DNA of 64,000 bases from an uncultured Pseudomonadota bacterium (GTDB lineage Bacteria > Pseudomonadota > Alphaproteobacteria > Rs-D84), in contig CASETE010000013.1 of the NCBI GenBank assembly GCA_949290785.1, forward strand, positions 3,529-67,528, given 5' to 3'. Positions within the stretch are counted from its first letter, which is position 1; each line of letters opens with the position of its first letter. The position numbers were made by a program, and so were the translations under genes. Shown here in pieces: positions 1 to 7,700 of this stretch. The notes beneath the pieces were generated by a model. It ran no database searches and was not told the origin of the DNA. It saw only the letters and a program-made list of their open reading frames with translations.

Positions 1-2355
1 TTTTTGATAAAACAAGGATATCAACGCGCAATAGTTGATGATGAGTTATACGATTTGTCTGCCGTTCCGCCTTTGGATAAAAATAAAAAGCATACGATGT
101 TCGTAATCGTAGATAGGTTGCAGATGCCGGCTGCAGATGCGTCGGATTCCGATAAAGAAGAATTTCGTTCCAGAATATATTCTTCGTTTGAGGCTTCGTT
201 GCGATTGGTGCCGGGGTCTGTGTTGGTACGTCGCTTGGATACAAATGAGGACAGTTTGTATTCGCAAAATTATGCTTGCCCAGTCAGCGGTTTTACCGTG
301 CCGAAAATAGAACCTAGGTTGTTTTCATTTAATGCGCCTATGGGGGCGTGCAGTGCTTGTGACGGTTTGGGCGTACAGTTAAACATGTCGCCAGATTTGG
401 TTATACCAGATCCGTCAAAGTCTATATTGGATGGGGCAATTGCGCCTTGGTCGCGTGGTGGAATGCTTAGTCAGTTTGAACATTTGTTAGATGCTTTACA
501 TAAAAAATATAAAATACCTCTTTCTAAGCCATGGCATACTTTGACGCCTGAACAAAAAAATCTGATTTTATATGGAAGCGGCGATGAAGCCATAAAAATT
601 AATTGGAACGGTTTTGTTTATGAAAAGCCTTATGAAGGGGTCATTCCTAATATAGAACGGCGCTGGCGAGAATCGGAATCAGAGGCAATGCGCGCTGAAT
701 TGGCAAAATATCAGTCGGAAAAGCCGTGCCCGGTTTGTCATGGTAAGCGCTTGAATATTCAGGCTTTGTGCGTAAGGGTTAATAATAAAGATATCATGGA
801 TGTTTGTGATATGTCTGTTGATGATTCTTTGCGCTGGTTTACGAATTTACCAAACTGTTTATCACAAAAAGATAATGATATTGCAAAAATGATTTTGCGT
901 GAAATTACAAGCCGATTGCACTTCTTGCAAAACGTTGGGTTAGGGTATTTGACTTTATCAAGAATGGCTGGAACTTTATCTGGCGGGGAAGCGCAAAGAA
1001 TTAGACTGGCTTCTCAGATAGGCAGCGGGTTATCGGGCGTTCTGTACGTCTTGGACGAGCCTTCTATTGGTTTGCATCAAAGCGATAACGATAAATTACT
1101 GGATACGTTAAAAATGTTGCGTGATAAAGATAATACTGTAATTGTCGTTGAACACGACGAAGACGCGATGCGCGCAGCCGATTTCTTGGTAGATATAGGG
1201 CGGGGCGCAGGCGTTAACGGCGGAAATGTCGTTGTCGCAGGTAAGCCGGCAGATGTAATTAAATGCAAGGATTCTTTGACGGGTCAATATTTATCTGGGG
1301 CGCGCAAAATAGATGTTCCAAAAAAACGGCGCGCGGGTAACGGGCATATGATTTCTGTATGCGGTGCGTGTGAAAATAACTTAAAGAATATAAATGTAGA
1401 TTTTCCATTAGGTACGTTTATTGCTTTGACCGGCGTTTCCGGTTCTGGTAAGTCAACTTTGTTACTAGATACATTGTACCCCGCGTTGATGCGTGCTTTA
1501 TATAACTCTAAGCTAGAAGTCGGAAAGCATGATATCATTCGCGGTATGGAAAACGTGGACAAGGTCGTTGATATTGATCAGTCGCCCATTGGACGTACGC
1601 CACGCAGTAATCCTGCAACTTATACGGGCGTATTTACTAATATTCGCGATTTCTTTGCGGGGCTGCCAGAAGCAAAAGCACGCGGTTACACGTCTGGCAG
1701 ATTCTCGTTTAATGTAAAGGGTGGTCGTTGCGAGGCGTGTCAGGGTGACGGACAGATAAAAATAGAAATGAATTTCTTGGCCGATGTGTATGTAGAATGT
1801 GATAAGTGTCACGGTGCCCGATATAACGACGAAACCTTGGCTGTTAAATATAAAGGAAAGTCCATTGCAGATGTGTTGGATATGACTGTTGACGAAGCGT
1901 ATAGGTTCTTTATTAATGTTCCACAAATTGCCAGAAAGTTAGAGTTATTAAAGCGGGTAGGCCTAGATTATATTAAACTGGGGCAAAGTTCTTTGGATTT
2001 ATCCGGCGGCGAAGCGCAAAGAATTAAACTTTCAAAAGAACTGGCAGCACGCAGTACGGGGCAAACTATTTATATTTTAGACGAACCGACAACAGGTTTA
2101 CATTTTGAAGATATAAAAATGTTGTTATCTGTTCTTCACGAATTGGTAGACCAGGGAAATACCGTAATTGTGATTGAACATAACTTGGAAGTGATAAAAA
2201 CTGCTGACTGGATTATTGATTTGGGGCCTGCCGGTGGGGCAGGTGGCGGGCGCGTTATTGCAACTGGGACGCCCGAACAAATTGCCGATGTTCCGGAATC
2301 GCTTACAGGTAAATATTTAAAGAAGTATCTGGACAAACCGCAAAAGAAAAAATAA
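1..2355 (+). CDS. uvrA: UvrA excinuclease ABC subunit A, 5' end cut by the window edge
   Basis: The ORF is open to nt 1. It has two ABC modules (Walker A GVSGSGKST, two LSGGEAQR signatures, VLDEPS/ILDEPT Walker B) and CxxC zinc modules (CPVCHGKR; CEACQGDG..CDKCHG). Confidence 0.97.
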   Translation, partial: FLIKQGYQRAIVDDELYDLSAVPPLDKNKKHTMFVIVDRLQMPAADASDSDKEEFRSRIYSSFEASLRLVPGSVLVRRLDTNEDSLYSQNYACPVSGFTVPKIEPRLFSFNAPMGACSACDGLGVQLNMSPDLVIPDPSKSILDGAIAPWSRGGMLSQFEHLLDALHKKYKIPLSKPWHTLTPEQKNLILYGSGDEAIKINWNGFVYEKPYEGVIPNIERRWRESESEAMRAELAKYQSEKPCPVCHGKRLNIQALCVRVNNKDIMDVCDMSVDDSLRWFTNLPNCLSQKDNDIAKMILREITSRLHFLQNVGLGYLTLSRMAGTLSGGEAQRIRLASQIGSGLSGVLYVLDEPSIGLHQSDNDKLLDTLKMLRDKDNTVIVVEHDEDAMRAADFLVDIGRGAGVNGGNVVVAGKPADVIKCKDSLTGQYLSGARKIDVPKKRRAGNGHMISVCGACENNLKNINVDFPLGTFIALTGVSGSGKSTLLLDTLYPALMRALYNSKLEVGKHDIIRGMENVDKVVDIDQSPIGRTPRSNPATYTGVFTNIRDFFAGLPEAKARGYTSGRFSFNVKGGRCEACQGDGQIKIEMNFLADVYVECDKCHGARYNDETLAVKYKGKSIADVLDMTVDEAYRFFINVPQIARKLELLKRVGLDYIKLGQSSLDLSGGEAQRIKLSKELAARSTGQTIYILDEPTTGLHFEDIKMLLSVLHELVDQGNTVIVIEHNLEVIKTADWIIDLGPAGGAGGGRVIATGTPEQIADVPESLTGKYLKKYLDKPQKKK

Positions 2356-2372
2356 TATCATAATAAAGGAGT

Positions 2373-2882
2373 ATGAAAATGTTTGGATTTGGCAAAAAGA
2401 AAAAAGAAAAAATTAGTCCTATTGAAAACGAACAAATAACGGATAAAGAATTACAACAGTTGGAAGAAAAAATACCCAGCGGCATGAAAGAAACCGCGCA
2501 ACGTATGATGTCAGGTCAATTTGACATGAATGATATGTTGGCGCAGTTAAAACAAATTAAAAAAATGAGTAATTTTAGCGGATTGTTAAAAATGGTGCCC
2601 GGTATGTCTGGTGCGGTATCCGCTATGAAAGAAAAAATTAAAGACGGCAGTGTGGACGCGCAGATAAAAATATTAGAGGCTATGACCGCCGCTGAACGGG
2701 CCGAGCCGGAAAAAATATTTGCCAACGCAAAAGCAAGAATTGCAGAAACCGCAGGTTGTACGGTTCGCGACGTTGAACATATGATAAAGCAATATACTAA
2801 AATGCGCCAGCAGATGGCAATGATTCAAAAAATGGGCGGTATGGAAGCAGTTATGGAAAAAATGAGGAAGCAAGGAGTATAA
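2373..2882 (+). CDS. Stand-alone SRP54/Ffh M-domain-like protein (no NG GTPase domain)
   Basis: 169 aa. FDMNDMLAQLKQIKKM, KMVPGM, MTAAERAEPEKI, ARIAETAGCTVRDVEHMIKQY and a Met-rich tail resemble the Ffh M domain as remembered. AGGAG at 2367-2371 favours the second ATG (2379) as the true start. Confidence 0.7.
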   Translation: MKMFGFGKKKKEKISPIENEQITDKELQQLEEKIPSGMKETAQRMMSGQFDMNDMLAQLKQIKKMSNFSGLLKMVPGMSGAVSAMKEKIKDGSVDAQIKILEAMTAAERAEPEKIFANAKARIAETAGCTVRDVEHMIKQYTKMRQQMAMIQKMGGMEAVMEKMRKQGV

Positions 2883-2888
2883 TAAAAT

Positions 2889-3179
2889 ATGGGCCGACGA
2901 AGGTTGATAAACCTAAAAAATAGCGTAAAAAAATTATTAGATAAAAATCCTATCGGCATAGAAGCACCGTTTTCTTGTTACAGAAAGACAGACGATAACA
3001 AACGTCGCTTATTAGGGTTCGTTGTGGTTGTAAAATATAGGTATAGAGCGAATAAAGAACAGGTGTTTGTCGTCAAAAATCAATGCCCAGAAGATAGGAA
3101 GATTGCTTTAAGAAATGCTATTAATTTTTATAACTTGATTAAGGAGCAGATTTATAAGGATAATCAACATGAACATTAA
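2889..3179 (+). CDS. Small basic hypothetical protein, divergent member of a 3-gene paralogous set
   Basis: 96-aa ORF starting 6 nt after the previous stop. Its 3' end overlaps the next ATG by 11 nt. The LLGFVVVVKYRYRANKEQVF core resembles the strand-rich core of the next two genes. Confidence 0.55.
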   Translation: MGRRRLINLKNSVKKLLDKNPIGIEAPFSCYRKTDDNKRRLLGFVVVVKYRYRANKEQVFVVKNQCPEDRKIALRNAINFYNLIKEQIYKDNQHEH

Positions 3180-3444
3180 TTTTAAAAAATTATTTGATTG
3201 GGAAATTAAATGCGTTACAGAACCGTATCGCTTTGTTGATTTTGAAACGGGGGCAAAAGGCTTTAAGGTCAGGGTGCTTTACGTTCATCACGGTTGTAAA
3301 GACAAGTGTTTTGATACGAAAAATCAGCAATCGTGGGCTTGTTATTCGTCAGCGGAAGCGGCGGCTAAAGCATATTATCGTTGTATGATGGAAAAGTATT
3401 TGCATCAGCAAGAGAAAAAAGGGCAGAAAATATATGGTCGTTAA
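3169..3444 (+). CDS. Small hypothetical protein, paralogue 2 (possible AP2/integrase-type DNA-binding fold)
   Basis: 91 aa. It shares NFKK-FDW-IK-V-EP and G(F/Y)(K/Q)V-V-Y-HHG-K-K-F with the next gene. It overlaps both neighbours by 11 nt. Confidence 0.6.
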   Translation: MNINFKKLFDWEIKCVTEPYRFVDFETGAKGFKVRVLYVHHGCKDKCFDTKNQQSWACYSSAEAAAKAYYRCMMEKYLHQQEKKGQKIYGR

Positions 3445-3688
3445 CTTTAAAAAGATTTTTGATTGGTCTATTAAAAGCGTATCCGAGCCGGTGTACGTTT
3501 GGAATGGGGCTAATTATACTGGGTATCAGGTCGTTGTAGAATATAAACATCACGGTACGAAAAAGAAGTTTTTTTATTTAATGGATAAAAAATATAATTT
3601 TGGTAGATGGGGTAATGCCGGGTTCGTGGCAAGTGAATACGCGCAGAAAATGAAACAAAAGCAGAAAAATAGAGATAAAATAAGATAA
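3434..3688 (+). CDS. Small hypothetical protein, paralogue 3
   Basis: 84 aa. MVVNFKKIFDWSIKSVSEP...GYQVVVEYKHHGTKKKFF parallels the preceding gene. Its stop lies 2 nt before the rlmE ATG. Confidence 0.6.
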   Translation: MVVNFKKIFDWSIKSVSEPVYVWNGANYTGYQVVVEYKHHGTKKKFFYLMDKKYNFGRWGNAGFVASEYAQKMKQKQKNRDKIR

Positions 3689-3690
3689 AT

Positions 3691-4350
3691 ATGAAAATTC
3701 TAAATAAAAAAATTGCTGCAAAAAAATCTTCTGTTGCTTGGATTCAACGTCAGGCAAACGATCCTTATGTTGCGCGTGCGCACAAAGAAGGATATCGGGC
3801 GCGTGCCGTTTATAAACTGATTGAAATAAACGATAAATTCAAATTTTTAAAAAACGGGCAGGTTGTGGTAGATTTAGGCGCTGCACCAGGTTCGTGGACG
3901 CAATATGTAAAACGCGAATTTCCAAAGTCTAGGGTGTTTGCAATGGATTTGTTAGAAATAACACCCATACCCGACGTTGAATTTTATAAGGGGGATTTTA
4001 CAACAGACGAGGCGCTTGATTGGTTAGTTGGCAAACTTAATTTGCCCGAAGATGTAACAGAACATGGTACGGTTGATGTGGTGTTGTCAGATATGGCACC
4101 AAATACAGTTGGTCATAAAAAAACAGATCATTTACGACAGATGGTGTTGCTGGAATATGCGTTTGATTTTGCGAAACGTGCGCTAAAACCGGGCGGTACA
4201 TTCGTTGCAAAGTCTTTTACCGGCGGAACAACGGGCGATTTATTAAAGCAAATTAAGGACTGTTTTGAATCTGTGCATCATATAAAGCCTCCTGCTTCTC
4301 GCAAAGATTCTGTAGAGATGTTTATTGTCGCAATGGGATACAAAAGATAA
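3691..4350 (+). CDS. rlmE: 23S rRNA (uridine2552-2'-O)-methyltransferase RlmE/FtsJ
   Basis: WIQRQANDPYV..A.KEGYRARAVYKLIEI and the SAM motif VVDLGAAPGSWTQY; length 219 aa. Confidence 0.93.
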   Translation: MKILNKKIAAKKSSVAWIQRQANDPYVARAHKEGYRARAVYKLIEINDKFKFLKNGQVVVDLGAAPGSWTQYVKREFPKSRVFAMDLLEITPIPDVEFYKGDFTTDEALDWLVGKLNLPEDVTEHGTVDVVLSDMAPNTVGHKKTDHLRQMVLLEYAFDFAKRALKPGGTFVAKSFTGGTTGDLLKQIKDCFESVHHIKPPASRKDSVEMFIVAMGYKR

Positions 4351-4412
4351 TTGTATTAATTTTTCAAATATGATAAAATACGTGTAAGTTGATATTATTG
4401 GCAGAGAGAAAT

Positions 4413-4718
4413 ATGAAAAAAGTATTTTACTGTCTATGGTTTTGTGTTGTGTGCATTTTGGGTTTGTTCCAGCCTGCTTATTGTGATTTGACTTCCAAGG
4501 CTTATGTCGGATATGTTGTCGCCGCCAAAGAAGACATATCAAATAAAGTAACTAATTTTGAGGGTGCAAACGCAACAGATACAAAGTATCCCAGTGCGCT
4601 GGCAGTAAAAACGGAACTTGGCACCAAGGTTGATACCGGTGCAGACGCCATCCAAACAATGCAAGGTAAATATACTGTGTCTGGTACTTTATACGTTCCA
4701 ACACCGCCCTTGCCATAA
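4413..4718 (+). CDS. Small secreted protein (101 aa), possible partner of the giant repeat protein
   Basis: The ATG at 4413 gives the signal peptide MKKVFYCLWFCVVCILGLFQPAYC. A KYPSALAVKTELGTKVD motif is echoed in the N-terminus of the next protein. The listed TTG at 4389 is less likely. Confidence 0.6.
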   Translation: MKKVFYCLWFCVVCILGLFQPAYCDLTSKAYVGYVVAAKEDISNKVTNFEGANATDTKYPSALAVKTELGTKVDTGADAIQTMQGKYTVSGTLYVPTPPLP

Positions 4719-4749
4719 GTATAGGTATTTTTGTAATATTATAACGAAG

Positions 4750-7700
4750 ATGTTAAAACGAATCGTTCGTAGTTTTTTTATTATGTTATTTTTACCGTGT
4801 GCTTGTTGGGGGGCGGTGGCGGTTAATGTGGACTATATTCATTCTTTGATCAGGCGCGATTGGGGTGTTGATATTCCTTATTATCCAAGCGCGGTAAATC
4901 AAATTGCGAATGTAGAGTATTTGTTAAAGGTGGTTGATAAAACAAACGCCTTGTTAAACGGTACCGCTACGACAAGTTACGGTACAGACGAACATTACGC
5001 TACTAAGCAGGCGGTTGACACGGTTGCGACAATTGATGCGGTGGACAGGTTAATCGTCATAGAACCAGAATTTTTCGTAAAAACCACATCGGATACAACG
5101 AATTTTTCTTTCATAATAAGCGCGGCAGGTATTTATTCTATTGATTGGGGAAATTATAAAGAAAGAATAGTTAAAACAGATACAACGCCAATCATATATA
5201 GCCACGATTATAATACCGCAGGTACATATACAATCGGCATTGGTGGTCAGGCAAATAATTATTCAACAGACAGCACGACGGCTGCGGTATCTTTTAAAGC
5301 CAATACGAACATTGCGGGTATTTCGGGCAGTTTGGGCGCTATATTCGGTACATTAGAAAACGGTGCACAGCCTGTTTTCTATCAAACGTTTGGTGGTTGT
5401 ACAAATTTATCAAGTACCATACCAGAAACTTTATTTTCTGGCGTCAGCGGTACACCGATTAAGTATATGTTTTATGGTTTATTTGAGGGTTGTACCAAGT
5501 TAACGGGCGAAATTCCGGCAAATTTATTCTCTGGTTTAAGGGGCGAACCTGGGAAAGCAATGTTTCAAAATACGTTTAGCGAATGCGCTTCGCTATCGGG
5601 GGCGATACCGGAAAGATTGTTTGGTGGAATATCGGGTGCGCCGGCTTCGCATATGTTTTCACAAACTTTTTATAATTGTTCTGGTTTGACTGGTCCCATA
5701 CCCGAAAATTTGTTTGGTTTAATAAGCGGTAATCCTGCGCCTTATATGTTTTATGCGACTTTTAATGGGTGCTCTAAGTTGAACGGTGAAATTCCTGGGG
5801 CTTTGTTTGCAGGGGTAAACGGCGCTCCTGCGGAGTTTATGTTTCAAGGACTTTTTGCTAATTGTAATAGGTTAACTGGCAGTATACCGGAAACGTTATT
5901 TGCTGGCGTTCAGGGGGCGCCCGCAGAGTCAATGTTTCGTAGCACTTTTTATAATTGTTCTTCGCTGTCTGGCGGTTTGTCGGCGCGGCTGTTTGCTGGT
6001 ATTTCTGGCACGCCCGCCAAGGATATGTATTATCAGACGTTTTACGGTTGTTCCGGATTGACAGAGAATTTGCCGAGTAATGTATTCGGCTCTATCGTCG
6101 GAAGACCGGCAGAGGGTATGTATTACAGCACGTTTTATAATTGTATAAGGCTAACAGGTAAAATACCCCAAGGGTTGTTCGGGGACTTGACAGACACGCC
6201 TGCAACAAATATGTTCAGCCAGACTTTTTATAATTGTAACAAACTAGATGGATTGTCTGCGCGTATGCCAGATGGCAGATTCTTGTACGATGTTTACGGG
6301 CGCGATTTGGATTACGGGTTGAACATGTATCGTAACGCGACAGGATTGCAAGAGTATCCTTTTATACCAGTAAAGTGGGGCGGCTTGGGCGTAGAACCAA
6401 AATTCACGGTAACAACGACGTCAGATACGAAAACTTTTTCTTTCAAAATCAGTGCCCAAGGGGTGTTCTATATAGATTGGGGTGACGGTAACTATGAGAC
6501 AATCAATAAAAGCGATACTAACGATACGACATATACCCATGTATATGATGCTGCAGGCAGTTATGAAATCGGAATCGCGGGAACAGCCAGAAATTATTCG
6601 GAAAACGAACAGTTCGCCGCAATAAGTTTTTATGCAAATCAAAATGTTGCAGGTATTTCGGGCAGTTTAGGTGCTATATTTGGCACGTTATCAGACGGCT
6701 TGCAGCCACGTTTTAGGTCTACGTTTGGTGGGTGTACGAATTTAACCGGAACAATACCAGAAGAATTATTCAGTGGTATTACGGGACAACCAACCAGTTT
6801 CATGTTCACCGGATTATTTGATTCGTGTTCAAGGTTAACCGGCACAATACCGGAAAGGCTGTTTTCAGGTTTGTCGGGTGTTCCTACGGAATCTTTGTTC
6901 GCGATAACGTTTCGTGCGTGTTCTTCTTTGGAGGGCTCTATACCGGAAAGGTTGTTCAGCGGCATATCCGGAAAGCCTACGTTAGATTTATTCAGGTCTA
7001 CATTTGAAAGTTGTACTGGGTTGTCGGGCTCAATACCAGCACGGTTGTTTTCGGGCATTTCTGGTGCGCCCGCAGAGAATATGTTTATGGGGACGTTTTT
7101 TGATTGCTCTGGCTTGACGGGTTCTATACCCGAAGGGCTATTTGGTGGGATTTATGGTCAACCGGCACCGGGAATGTTTATGGTTACTTTTGAAAGATGC
7201 GCAAGGTTACAAAATCAAATTCCAGAACGATTGTTCGCCGGTATATCCGGTGCGCCGGCGCCAAGAATGTTTCGCGGAACGTTTTCACAATGTGGAAAAC
7301 TAACAGGGCCTTTGCCTGACAACTTGTTTTCTGGTATATCGGGCGCGCCCGCAGAAGATATGTTTATGGGGACGTTTTATAGTGATATTGGCATTGACGG
7401 TGATATTCCCGTTGGATTTTTCGGAAATCTAACTTCTGCACCCGCGTCAGGCATGTTTGTTGAAACGTTTATGAATTGTAATCGTTTAAGCGGTCCTTCT
7501 GCGCGTACATCAAACGGCGATTTCTTGTATGACATTTACGGACGCGATTCGGATTACGGGCTGGATATGTATAAGGACGCAGTTAATCTGGACGATTATG
7601 AATTTATTCCGAAAAAGTGGGGCGGGTTGGGGCGCGTGCCGGCAGAGTTCGTCGTTACAACAACGCCAGACACAACGGAGTTTTCGGTTAATATTGCTGC

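Noticed and set aside
2373-2882. The M-domain ORF as a mere pseudogene fragment of ffh.
   Set aside because: This is not fully excluded. However, the ORF is intact from a good RBS to a stop, covers the whole M domain, is embedded in a tight operon, and there is no trace of NG-domain sequence in the 17-nt gap after uvrA. I therefore report it as a gene and flag the alternative.
4618-4749. Upstream extension of the giant ORF (the track starts it at 4618, overlapping the small secreted gene by 100 nt).
   Set aside because: The extension encodes a Cys/His/Tyr-rich junk-like peptide. The ATG at 4750 yields a textbook Sec signal peptide. I see no slippery site that would suggest a frameshift fusion with the 4413-4718 gene.
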